NCBI GenBank assembly: GCA_051362555.1
Contig: CM120646.1
Coordinates: forward strand, 17,856,001 to 17,920,000
Reading direction: 5' to 3'
Length of the DNA: 64,000 nt
Source of the DNA: Lingula anatina
Lineage: Eukaryota > Animalia > Brachiopoda
Part shown: positions 12,180 through 25,800 of the stretch, piece by piece
Numbering within the stretch: position 1 is the first letter of the stretch
How the letters are laid out: each line of letters begins with the position of its first letter
Position numbers and translations under genes: made by a program
Notes under the pieces: generated by a model
Told to the model about the DNA's origin: nothing
The model's database searches: none
What the model saw: only the letters and a program-made list of their open reading frames with translations

Positions 12180-14864
12180 TGCCCCTATTTCACATAGACC
12201 ACGAATCCCACGAATCGCCAGGAATTGACAAATTTCAGGATTCGTGAGGATTCGTGAGATTTTCCAAATTTTCTGGCCTTATTCGACACGCTCTACGATT
12301 CAGTTACGATACAGGTGCGATAGTGTTTCGAATATTCGTGGGATTCGGCTGGAATCGCACGAATATTGTCAAAAAATTCCCTACGATTTTTTGGAATCGG
12401 GACTTCGTGGCCAAAATTTTGAACAGCTCAAAATTTTTGCCACGAATTCCCGATTGATCAAGAATTGCAAGAACTGACTACAATTATATACGAATCTGTT
12501 AAGAACTTCACGAACTGATTACGATTCAACCACGAATCCTGAAATTTGTCAATTCTTACAGTCGGTTACCGGATTACTGAACCCAGAACGAGGCTCGCAT
12601 TTTGGACTAGGGTAAAACATTGGCTTGCGCCCATTACTCTCAATGTTAAATTGGTGAACTTTGATCGTTCATATCAAGCAGACCAGAGGACAATTACTTG
12701 TGACAACCACTTGGTTATATTCACTAGGGTTTTTAGCGTCAGTCAATGGGCCTCAGGAGGATTTTCTAGAGCTGATGGTGATTTTATCAGCGATAATACC
12801 AACACTCCTCCAACGGGCTGCAATTACAGTTTACACCAGATGCATGCTGTAATAGGCATATTTTATCGTCTGTATCAAGTATATCTGTGAACAAATACGC
12901 GAAACAACTGTTTGTTGATATTCACTTACGTATTTAGCTGAGGGAAATGGCCATCAATAGGATTTTCTAGCGTCAGTGGCGACTTTATCAACGATGGTGG
13001 TGTACTATTTTTAAAGCAATTTTTCCTACTGGGACACTATGACCTATACGCACCCAGTTCATTAATATACAGTCAGAATTCTTGTATAATAAAATCATTA
13101 TCTAAACAAAGAAAACTATTATATTCATATTGCTTTTAGAGGTCTCAGTTTGAAAGATTTGATAATCAGAAAAGGGGGCTTGGGTAGCATTGCTCACCTG
13201 TCGTGTTCAAAGCAGGTGTCTCAATTAATGCAATAAATGTGCTTTCAAAAAGAATTTTAATTTGTCACTGCTGTGTTTTTCATTAAAATTTCTTTTTCTA
13301 CTGTTGTCTGGATTATGTTTGAAGAGACTATAAAATACTTTTTCAGCTTTTATAATTTCTGCACAAAACGTAAAAAATTTCATTAGAGGCCTGCCAAAAT
13401 TATTTTTCATAAATAGATTCATCCATAATTATCCAATTAAACAAAAAGTTTTGAATGAAAGCCTCACTTAAATCTTTTTAAGTTGTCAAAATCTACAAAT
13501 CATTTTTGACTCTGATGCTAAATGAAGTTCATGATGTTTTTTTTTTTAGAAAATAATATAAATTTAAAAGGTAGTTATTTCATTTTCATTTTTAGAACAT
13601 CAGACTCAATATCACAATACAAAGTACGATCTATAAAAATCCGAATTGAATGCATATTTAACCGTCATAAATCACTTTGAATTCTTAAACAAAATGCAAA
13701 ATGAAAGATACAATAAAACTTGTTGACTTTAAATTTACATTTTATTTCTATCTATATATGTATGTAAGAAAGGAGTTATAAAATTCCTTGACATATGCTG
13801 TAAAGTTGCATTCTGAATTAACATTTGTACAGTAAAAATGAATTAGGATTTCTATGATATAAAAAACTTAAGCAAATATAACAGTAGTGTCCAAAGGATA
13901 AAAACACTAAATCCATAACAAAAATTTGATTGCTGAGTGTTTTTTCTAATTGCATGGGTTAATAGATTTTACTCAGCAAACAGCTCCACCCGCTAGTTTC
14001 TTCCAGTTCATATACTGGAGTATGTGCATTGATAGCCTTTCTTGCGTTCTATCCTCTTGATGAAAGTGTGCAACATCACAAAGAAAAAGTATTCGTTATC
14101 TGTTCCAATAGCACATTATTGCCATTTACACACTTCATAATACAATAATTAAATGATTTATTGAGTATGTAAAAATTTTATTCCTGTCCATGATCTCAAT
14201 TCTGCATGTATGCAGCAACATGGGTATTAAAAATTACTAGAAAAAATTGTTCAAATTTTCAAAATGTACTTTCAGTAATAAAATCAGACTAGTAAACTGT
14301 CATTAGAGCTTTCTTTCAGCTCCCCTTTTCAAAGACAAATACAATGACCACACCTGTGAAGATCATATCTGTTTTAGTTCTATTTGCTACAATGACACCA
14401 ACTGATAAGATCACTTTCTTCCAATTAAACCACCTCAAAGGGCTCTATGATTGTTTGAGGATCCAGGTAAGTTCTGTTCAATCGCTGTCAGTGGACAGAT
14501 TCATCCGATAACAAAGCCATTGGAACTTCTTACCTGAAAAACAATCGGAACTAACTGCAGCTCATATAATAACAGTGTAAGAGAGGTGCATTTCAATCGC
14601 TGATAAAATCGGCATCAATGCTAGAAAAGGTCCTTGATGGCCATTTCCTGACACTAAATACCTATGGTGATATAATTAAACAGTTGTCAAGTTTAATTAT
14701 CTACCGGTGTGAGAGATACAGACGATCAAAGTTGATCATTTTAACATGGGGAGTAATGGAGCTTACAGATCGTTTTACCCTAGTCCGGGCGTGGCGGCCA
14801 TCTTGTGACGTCATGCCGACTGTAAGAATTCCTGGCGATTCGTGGTCTGTGTGAAATAGGGGCA
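12180..14864. mobile_element. PIF/Harbinger-type palindromic MITE (~410 bp: 12180-12554 plus 14831-14864), split by a nested insertion
   Basis: TIR TGCCCCTATTTCACA(T/C)AGACCACGAATC at 12180 and its inverse ending at 14864, flanked by TTA (12177-12179) and TTA (14865-14867). Internal CACGAATC/GATTCGTG repeats; no transposase ORF. A 3-bp TWA TSD is characteristic of PIF/Harbinger. Confidence 0.8.
12555..14826. mobile_element. Nested non-autonomous DNA transposon with 4-bp AATT TSD (possibly Sola1-like)
   Basis: Termini CTTACAGTCGG...CCGACTGTAAG; AATT at 12551-12554 and 14827-14830. Removing it restores the host's right arm (TTTGTC-AATT-CCTGGCGATTCGTGG), the exact inverse of the left arm. Imperfect subterminal inverted arms of ~250 bp; no transposase ORF. 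Confidence 0.75.
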
Positions 14865-16401
14865 TTATGGGTGGTAGCGGGGAACAGGTTATGCGCAACA
14901 CTGTTCAGTTGACCCTATATATATATCGACAGCATATACAACCCCGGATTGGGTCTTAGTGTATCTGGTAACACAAAGATAATCACAAGCATGTAGCGAT
15001 GAGCAGCTTGTGTGATTTCCTCATCTTGAAATAAAAAACACACCGGCATACTTTGAACCACTTTTATTCAGTTAACAGATAGGAATTCACAATATTGCTA
15101 ATAAGAATGAATCAAAACATCTTCAATCAAGGTATTGTGCGTTCACTCGGCGTCGCTATATATTACGACAACCATCAAGTTGTCTTTCAGATTCTTGAAC
15201 ATTTACCACCTAGTTGTGATCTTGTCGAAAAAAGTATTTGTCCCAATAATAACTGCTACCAGCACTATACCATTCCAATATTCACAGTAATTTTTGAATG
15301 TTACTAAATGTAGTACCGACTTGTATAGAACTAGATGAGGGTCGTGACAAGGTTGGAAGAGATTAGATAACAAATATGTAATATTAAAATAAATGACGTC
15401 ATTCAGATATCAAACTGGCCCACCCCCTTGAAAAAAAAAACCTTGATTTTAAATAAGAATGCCCATGAATGAAGTAATAATCAGCAATATAATGCTATTG
15501 TACAACCATCTTCAACATTGAATTATGAATTTTGAACCAATGGATTTATACAATGAATGATAATGAAGAAAAGGTCTTTTTGGGAACATTTTGTCTTCTT
15601 CAGAAATCAATTATTGGAATATTTACCTATGTTATCTATATGTGCAGATTGCTTTTTTAAAAGCATGTTTTTTGTCTTCCTACCATAATTGTCATGTAAG
15701 TTTTGACAAATATCAACAGATTCAGTCAGTCCATCAGGGTTTTTCCCTTTCTCTCTAGTCTTATGCTTTGGAGAAATAACAATTTCTACTTTTCAAATTC
15801 TTTTGTGCTTCCATTGAGATATAACAGTTTCTACTCATCAGAATCTAGTCTGCAAATCACCAAGAAAATTGACCTTATCATCAAATGTACCTTCAGCTTT
15901 TCTGTTTACAATAATGTTTCCTCAATCACATACATTTCATCTTTCTGGCAAGTTAAGCACAAAGGTGCCTTTTGTATACCACATTGTCTTCATGGCTCAG
16001 GCCACCATGCATTGGTTTAAAAGGCTTAAGGGAGAGTCAGATGGAGTTAGAAGGTTCTGTCACATCCCCTTAAGTTCTCAAATTTTTTGTAGGTAAAAGA
16101 AACCCCCCTTTCATAAAAGTCAGATAATATTATAAGACATTATGCGATGCTTCAGGGTCCAGAGACCATGTAACTACAATGACAGCGGGGATTTCACACC
16201 CTCCTCTATTACATCCCGTTTCACCTCTGTAACCACAGATAATTCATCACCCACAGAAGTGAATTTGGCCCATATCATTCTGGAGATCTCCAGACAAGTC
16301 TGATTTCATGTTTCTTAATTCTCAAGTCTGGTTCTTGTGACCCACTTAAGAGCTTGATCTGGGTCATATATGACAATGATGAGAGAAATGCCATATCAAA
16401 T

Positions 16402-18350
16402 CTAGTTCAAATATTTCCTGCATTTCTTTGAGGCACAGGTGCAGGGGATTTTCACCTCTTCATAAGGGAACTTGTAGTCGTAGGTAAGCTCTTCCCCAGC
16501 CTTGATTCTGAAAATAAATAAATAAATAAATAAACACATTTATTAATATTCTTTCAGTTTACATGTTAATTTAAAGGCAATTTACCTCCTGTAATCTTTT
16601 AAACTAATTTTTGTATTAAAGTGTTGAAAACAAGGATATGAATTCTAATACTTTTGGTACAAAAGTAAATAAGCACAATTCATTTGCAGTACAGGGAAAT
16701 AAAAATGTATTAAAAGGCAAATAAATATATCCTTACGGTCGGAGTGCAAAGATGACAATATGTTTCTTTCCATCCACATTGATTACTTTGGAATAACAAT
16801 TTGGCTGAAAAAGAAAATGAAAACAACTGGTTATAACATCTCTTTTTAATTAAATTGTTACTTTTGAAATATTGACATACGGAATCACCATTTAGGTCCT
16901 GAAAGAAACACTGGTTCAGATCTAACTTTTTACACCAAGGAGACTTAAAATCTCAAACTAAATGATCATCAGCACAACACAATACTTTTGTCACAATCAC
17001 TTTAGCACAACTAACACATTCATCCTTTTTATAAACTAAGTCACTTACATCACAGGAATGGTTGATGAACCTGGCAGCATTGCCATGCACAGTGGCATCT
17101 ACCACATCAAAGTCATCAATACGGAACATGTAGCAGCCTATGCCCTGTAACAACATAATATAAACAAGTAAATAAATATCTGGTACCTTGGAAGAACAAT
17201 TTGTTGCACAAAATCCTGCATATTATAACAAGTTTTGATGAATGTTTTTAAGCATTAATAAAAATCTTTAAAAACTTCAGTTTTAAACAATTTCTATGCC
17301 AGTACCTTGCTCTCATAATATCTCTCCCTCTGGTCAGTCAGAACTGACCGGATGACCTCGCCAGCGTACTCTACCACCATCTCACCATCGTCTATGTCAC
17401 GCTTGCAGAACAAACCACGCCCATGGATCTGAGATCTGCACACACGAAAAACAATAATGTAATTAAATAAATATTATCAGCAAGCAAATGCAAATAATTT
17501 TACAGAATTATTTTCATAAAATAGTTCACCCTTAAAAATATACTGCCAACCTAGCAAATTTGTTCTTTTTAAAAAAAATCTCTAATTTTTTTTATTTTAC
17601 TTTATTTACTATTACTTACAATTGACTTACCTGTAAGCCCCCACAGCTTCATTAGCATGCTCCCTCAGGTGTCTGAACCTCATTGCCATGGGGATGGAGA
17701 GACTGGTAGCTCTTCTATAATAGGAGGTAATATAGAGGTTAATATTAAGTGCTTCTCAAGTAACAGGAATGAAAAAAAGAAAAAAAAAGAAAAGATTAAT
17801 AAATAGATTATTAATCAATCAAACTTAAAAAGAAAGGAAGCAAGCAGTAACATATCTGAGCTATCACAGTACCTGTAGTTCATTTTCTTACCAGTCAAAT
17901 TATTATGTGAAATATATTTAATTCTATTAAATTCTAACAATTTCAACAGTACCTTGATGATTTATGTGTCAAATCCATGTCCTTTGCGTTCTCTTTGAAA
18001 TCTGGTAACTTTTTGTGCTTGGACATGAGGAAACTGAACATGTCATAGGGCTTACGTTCCCCACTGTAAGGCTCTGATCTCGCACTACCAGAGGGATTAA
18101 GAGGAGGTTCCTGTGAAGTGCAATAAAGAAGTTTTACAAACAGATAGATTGTTGATTTAAAATCCAAATATACTTGTATGTTCTTTTATTTATGGATCTA
18201 TTTTCAAAATTAAATGGTCCTTTTTTTTTTTTAAGTTTCATTTTGTATTTCTTCAAATCTGAATAAAATGGCCATGAAAATGATTTTCTTGATTAATACC
18301 TGTAATATAATCATATGCCATTGATAAAAAGCTAAATGTACCCCCCCCCC

Positions 18351-18412
<62 letters not shown>

Positions 18413-19817
18413 CCATAAATTCCCCTTCACCTCTTCAATTTGACTTGTGTCATATTCATGGTATTTGAACCTATAGTTTCTGCAGTACTGGGCTCCATAC
18501 AGCTGCTCTATCAGGTACACTATGGCGTCATGATTCAGTCCAAACATGCTCAGACCATCAATACCTGAAAAAAATATGTAGCTGTGTAAGAACCATAGAA
18601 CTTCACCCACAAAAAATAATACTTTATTTACAAATACCTATAAAAAACAATTATGCTTTACCTACTGTGCATTACTTTATCCACAGGTAGATGTATGAGA
18701 AACTTTACACCTTATCCAAATGCCCTTCATAACACATAAAAACATTGATAAATGTAATTTTTTTTCCTTTATTATACAGTTGACTAAGAAACTCAAGACT
18801 TTATCACATGGTATAGCACAGTAAAACTAAAAATCAATCAATCAAGGAAGCAACGAAGAAATAAAAACAAATAAAAAGAACTACATAATATTCACTACAA
18901 TCACACCCAACACAATCACACCTGACACAATGCCTTACTGACCTGCATATGACAGCTGCTTCATCCTGGCTTGTGTTCTGGCATCCTGTACCTTATCAAC
19001 TACAGCTTTCCATGCCTCTGAAATGACATATTTAAACCACATCATATGGTGACCACATACATCAGTTCAATTTCTGAAAGGAGTTGAGTGTTTGCGAACA
19101 AAAACTGGTGTAGAAAGGTGCATCTGAGTTTCCTGCTATGCAGAATTATATTGCAAATGTTAATGTCTGATGTAACAACAGCCACCTGACATGGTGTATA
19201 TGTACTAAAAGGATCAAATCTGACACAAATTGTGGGAATAGGAGTTACTCTGTCGAGCATTCTTTCTTCAGCTTTGGTTTTCATTGTTTAAACCCAATCC
19301 TCACCTTCCCATGTAGGTGCCTGCACCTTAAATCCATCATCACTGGTGATTTCAAACATGAAGTATGGGGAGTTCCTTTTTGCCTGCATGGCCTCCCGTC
19401 TCATCTTCTCCTCGTGTTCTAGAAGAGTGAGGATTGGAGAGTCTGACACCTCTTCCTCATTCTCTGGCGTGGGGACTGTTATTGGTTGGTGATGAGGGTG
19501 AAGGATAGGATGGCCTGCAATGGCACCTGAAATTTTGGGGAAAATAGCATCTGTCAATAATGGCACCACAGATAAACTTTTGGATGTTTCTTGCCAGCTG
19601 AATCTTATTTTTACTCTCTAAAACAGATTCCTCTCTCTGCATCATGAAGTAGGGAGTAAATTCATTTTCTCATTTAAGACAGACTTTCTTCAAAATGGAC
19701 ACAAGGTGCTATTTTCATCTTACAACAAACCGCTTAGCATATAATATATTTTTAAAGAAATGAAAAATATAAAAAATTTGCATTACACATTTGACAATAA
19801 AATAAACATTTAAATAC

Positions 19818-19848
<31 letters not shown>

Positions 19849-22800
19849 CTTACCACCATCTTGAAGCAATGACTTCTTTAAGTTTTCCTTCCTTGGCCTC
19901 TTTTTGGTTCCCTTACGAGGTGACCTTGGCTGACCTGCTAACCTGTTGGTCTTAGGACTGGAAGGCTTGCTGAGCTTCTGTGGTTTAGGTAGAGCAGATT
20001 CTCCTTCAGTAGGCTTTGTCACAGGTTTTGGCTTGTTGAAATAAGTCATGCTTATCCCTATACTTTTTTCTGTTTGGTTCACCAACTGGGCTAATATGGG
20101 TGACTTAGCAGAAGGGCTGTCAGATGCTGAGATTTTCTTTGGTTGTACATTTTTGACATAGATTTCCTGAATCCCCATAGGCGTCTGAATTCTAACGGTC
20201 TCTCCGACATAATCAGCTAAAAATTTTGGAATCTGCCCTTGACCTTTGGTGGAGAACACATTGTTGCTGGCGCCATCATTTGCAACAATCATCCTTTTCT
20301 TTGAGGGGTCTTGCTGGCCTGCAATAGGCATATTAGACAGTCTTTTCCTGGACAAGATGCTAGGAGTACGACGACCATAGCCATGTTCAGTAGCGTGCTG
20401 CAAAAAGAAAGATATTACATTAAAACAAATCCCAATTTCACCCAGATTTCTGTACTAAAAGTACAGTCTACTAACTTAATCACTCTAATAATCTTACATT
20501 TCTACATTCAAAGAGTAATCATAATGACCTTATTATGCTAACAATGATGTCTTTTCTTTGTGGATCTGTCACCAGCCAGTTTTAGTTTATCAAAAACATT
20601 GCTTTTTGACCATTAATGCACAAATTTTAAATAGAAACTCATATCATGTACTTACCAATTGTGATCCAGCATGTGTGGTCCCTACACTAGGCACTGGTCT
20701 TGTAGGCAGGGGCAAACTGCCAAACGTCTGAATGCCTTGGTGGTAACTGGTTGCATGTTGAGAAGGGCTTGGGGTAGATGACAAAGTATACCCTGCTGGT
20801 GTTGATAACAAACTGTATTGTCCCACTGAAAATACTTGGGAACCTGAAGAAAACGGTTGGTTCACTTGTATGCTGCTGACCCCTTGAACCTGATGACCTA
20901 AACTTTGACCTTGACCTAAACCATGACCTAGGCCTTGACCTTGAGCATTAAATGCAGGCTGCTGTGAAAGATCCGTGCTAGGCAAGGACTTCACCATCTG
21001 CGAATCTATTTGAGACATAAGCCCTGACTGGTGTGGCAATATAACTTGTGAAGGGGGCGCCAGTTGATTCCGGTAAACCACAGACACCGACTTGTCCTGT
21101 GGAGACTTCATCTTGATGATTCTTCTCCTTATCTCCCCTGCATGCATAGGAATTGTGTGGGTATTCTTCCTTCCAGACAACAATCCTCCGGAAACACTCT
21201 GAACAGTTGGTGTAATCATTCCCGAGGATATGGACAACAAAGGATTGGAATTAGAAGTAACCGGAACCTGGGAAAGAGAAGAAATGGCCGACACACTAGA
21301 ACTGGTTTGCATTGGGATGGACGAAATAGCACTGGAAGTGGACATCCCAGACGGCATGATGACCCTCTTGACAATCATCTTAGGTCGCTGGGTTTTATTC
21401 ACGACCCCCTTTAAAATACCTGGGGCTACTTCCAAAGCACCTGTCGCATCTCCTTCTCCTTCAACACAGAGAGAGCCAACGTAATGGAGCTGTCCACTTT
21501 TCATCATGTCTGTCATGTCCTGAGTGAGCACTGGGGTTTCCAGGTTGCTCTTCTGAGCAAGCATTGTATTTCCTAAAGAGTTTGTGATGAGCAGTTCATT
21601 CTGTGGGGATGCAAAATTGGATGCTTTGTTGATTAGCATTTTAAGTTGCGATGAGGCAGATGGGGTCTGTATGGTACTAGGAGCAGGTGGCCTTGCTTGT
21701 GGATGCATCGAAATTGACCGACTGGAAGGCAACCCGGACTGGTTACTGGGGAGTGTTCCTGCAGTTTGCTTAGGCTGGACTTGTGCCACCAAATTCTGTA
21801 ACGAGGCTGGTAACTGGCTGTTTATCGAAGAGTTGGGCACTCTAGGAATGTCTCCTGACAAATGAGAACCCTGAATAACTTTAATATGAGGACCTTGTTT
21901 GCCTGTTAGGCTCTGGGAGTTCCCAGATGATATGTTCTGAATTTTATGGGTCCCTGGGTTGTTCTGTTTTTGTGGCATTTGCTTCTCTTTTCTAGGGATA
22001 GCTTGCGGTATGGGATTTTTAATTAGCTTCAACAGTGGGGCAGAGTCTCCAGAACCAAGTTTGCTGGGAGGAATAAGCTGAAAGACAAACTCATTAGATT
22101 TAATTTGTTTCAATTCGCCTGTTGGCTGCTTTGACTTTGGGGCATCTTGCTTTAATTCATGCTCAGATTGTTTCTCCACTCTTGGTCTCATGGCTGGTTC
22201 CCTCAGAATTTCAGCATCAGGAGAAGCACTGTCCTTAAGAGTCCCAAATTCTGGATCAAATAAAGCAAGCACTTTTGGATCATTGTCTTTCTCTGGAGAG
22301 CTTTGGGTAGATTTCTGGACATCACTTCCATCCTCAACTGTTGAGATATCTGCAGCATAAGTTAGCTGTTGTGTCCCTCCTGATGTCTTCATCAATGTAT
22401 TGGCTGTTGTAATTGAAGTAGAAACAGGGTTAGAAGCTACCCCACTAATACTGCATTGTATGTCTGATGCTAAAGTGTTCACTGCAGAGACGGTAGATGT
22501 TTGAATATTTGAGGCAATAATCGATTCCGACTCTAGAGGTACATCACTCTCTGAACTAGACTCGCCTCGCTTCACCTCAATGTCATCACTACTGGAATGG
22601 GACCTCTTCTTTGTTTCCACCTTTTTTCCTTGGTTAGAATTTGGATTTTTGAAAGGTACATCTTTTTCAAAACCTCTAAAAGTCAAAGCACTGTCCTTGT
22701 TTTTTGGTTGAGAGAGAGAAACTGAGACATCTTCAGCTGTAGTCTCTTGAAGATCACTCTGCTGTTGTGGCACCTTAATTTTGGAGATTTCTTTGGAAGA

Positions 22801-25800
22801 ATTTATGACCGAGAGCCATTCTTCCTCCTTCATCCCCTTCCCTACAGTCAGACTGCCTCTTTCAGTATTGTCATCTCCAAAACTTGTGTCTGTATCCTCA
22901 GTATGCCTTTGTGCTGAAATTTCCCCAAAACTTTCAATTCTCTTAGAACCCTTTCCTTCATAAGTCCTTGTTAATCTTTTTGGATTGAATTTTAATTGAA
23001 CTGACCCATCCGAATCTTGACCAGAGTCGCTATCAATCTCAATGGATGCCATGTCATTATCACTTTCATCACCACTAAGTGCATCATTCAAATGTTTTAC
23101 CGCTTTCATCACCTTCTGATTTGGAACCATTTTTATGGAGTTTTCCCTTGCTCCACGGAGTGGGTATTTTGAGCCTACAGTTTTTACATCATCTGGATTT
23201 TGTTTGGAAAGTGACACATCTAGTCCTTTTGGTTTCCTTTCTTTGGTTTGCTCTTTGGCTTTGGTGTACTTCCCCATGCTGCCATATGAAAACTTGCATG
23301 CTCTGCCCTTGCTTCTCCTTGTGGGTGACCCAGAATCATCCTCACCAAAATCAATTTCACTGTTCTGGTCCTTACTGCCTAGATCTTTCAAGTTTTTCCT
23401 TAGTTGTTGAGAGCTGCAATCAGCCTCACTGCCATCAGACCCGTCACTCTTAAAAGCATGAATTCTCTCTTGCAAAGGATACTTCCTTGGCCGCCCAACA
23501 GCTCGTTTTGAAGGTGATACATCCTTCTTTCTCTGTGAAAGTGATGTGCTCTCTGAAACTAGATCAGATTCATCATCACCTTCTTTTGCTAATATATCTT
23601 GCTCAAGGTATTTTCTTGGTCGACCTCGGCCTCTCTTCACACTCTGTTGCAGAGACCCATCTGAAGGTTGGTCAGCTTCTAAATTTTGTGGTGTTTTGTG
23701 CACATTTTCTCGAGCAGATTCATTTTCATCATCTGACAAAGAATCTGGCAAAGGATACTTTCTTGGTCTTCCTCTTTTCTTAACTGGATTACCTTCTTGA
23801 GAGTCAGAAGTCTTCTTTTCAGACTCTGGACTGCCCGCTACTTTATGATCTAAATCTTTGTTTTCTTCCATGCTGGGTGTGTTGTCATGCTCAAGATTCA
23901 GGCTTCTTCTCCTTCTGCGAAGCATCCTCCCTTGCCCATCATCAGATCCACAAACCTCAGATAAACCTTCATCACTGCTTTCAGAATAAGAATCCTCTTT
24001 TGTCTCTTCTGGTAGAGGTTTAATTCGTGGCCTTCCTCTTTTCTTCTTGGGAGGGTTGTTCAATACTTTTTGAGTAAGTGGGACAGGTAGTTGTGACGGA
24101 GTTGATTTGGAAGCGATTTCTGTGATTTGCTTTAGTTTGGGAGGTCTTCCTCGTCTTTTTGGTGTTTCCTCTGTGGACTGCTCTTCTTTATCTTCTTCAT
24201 CTTTGTTTGTATTCAAGTCCAGTGGGATAGATTTCCTTGGCCTACCTGGCCTCCTATGTAATTTCTTGACTTCTTGGTGTTCATCATCATCATCTTTTTC
24301 ATTATGCAATTCAGAGGGGTCTACCTGAATCTTCTCCTCAACATGTGCTTTTCTTGGACGTCCTCGTCCACGCTTTTTCACTAATGGCAATGCTTCAACT
24401 GAAGAGACTTTAATATGATCAGGCATATCAACATCATCATTGTCACTCTCATCAGTGCTAGAACTGACTACATCCGTACAATCCTTTTCATGACGTCCAA
24501 AGCTTTCCTTAGTTCTGTACATTCTTTTGCAATTGGAGCAGCGGTAGGGACCTCCATCTTCTTCAATGTGCTCCAAACTTTTTAGCTTTATCTGAAGAGC
24601 TATTTTATCATGAAGAGGTAATTCTTCATTAAATTCGATTCCTTCCTGGGATAGTCTCCGCACATGGGATTTGTTCAGTTTCTCCAAAATGACTTTTGCT
24701 TGTGGATATGTATCATTACTGTCCTTGCCAAAAGTCTCATCATCTCCAGATTGTGCCGTTTTTTCATAGCCACTGTATAGCCCATCTTTATTTTTGTCAG
24801 AATGAATGACTGCTAAGGTCTCTTCGGATGAAAATTTACCCTTGGCACTCTCATCAAGAAGTGCTTTCTTCTCATCTAATTTCTTTTGTTCACTTTCACG
24901 ACATATCTTTGCCAATTTGTCCCTAGACATGGCATGTTCTGCCAATCTGCCAGCAGTCCTTCTAAGTGGGTAAGACTTCAATCCGACCAAATTTTGACCC
25001 TTCTTGCTTCTTCTCCCGCTGCTGGGACTAAGAGGACTTCTGGGACTGCCAAGAGAGTCATCGCTCAGGACTTGACCATCTGTGTGCTGATCTTCACTTG
25101 AATATCCATCTTTTGCTTGAGTAATTATTTCAGCTTCCTTCAGCTTCCTTTCAGCTTCAGAAGGGACCTTTGTGTGCATGCTCTTTAATGGTACTTTGTA
25201 TCCAATAAGTACCCCTTTGTTAATAATAGGTATTTTGTTTGAATTATCTGAAATGCTCTTTTTGATTTTTTCTTCTCTTAAAAAGTCTTGTCCTTTAATG
25301 CTCACGTCAGTGTGTATATATTCATCTTTCTGGGATACTGACTCAGGCGTACCAAGTTGAGGGTTACGTGCTGTACTATTATCAATGACGGGAGTGCTTT
25401 TAAATGTGTCGCTGTTACTCAGCTGATTAGGCTCAGAGGGCATACATCTGTCTACTGTAGCTACTACTTTATCAAGCAACTCAACCATTACTGATTTCAC
25501 ATCTTCTACCACACGGTCCACAGATTCATCAGGGGCTGCCTTTGCTTTACTATTCTCTCTGCTCATTGTAGGTTGAGAAGAATAAATTGCTGGTTTATCA
25601 TCCATTTTTTCATCATTTCTGTTTAAATTCTGATTTCCACTGGACAACAAGGCACCTTGCTCAGGAAGTGTTACTATTGGTTTTTGATCACAAGTTGACT
25701 CCTGCTGTGCAGGTTCCATGTCTTCTGTCAAATCTACCACAGGGGGCATGTTTCCTCCAGCAGTGGTACTACCAGTCTGGGCACCTCTCACAATGGGAGC

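Noticed and set aside
18341-18408. C-run plus ~57-nt poly(A), possible retroposon tail
   Set aside because: No TSD or element body visible; likely a simple homopolymer of uncertain length.
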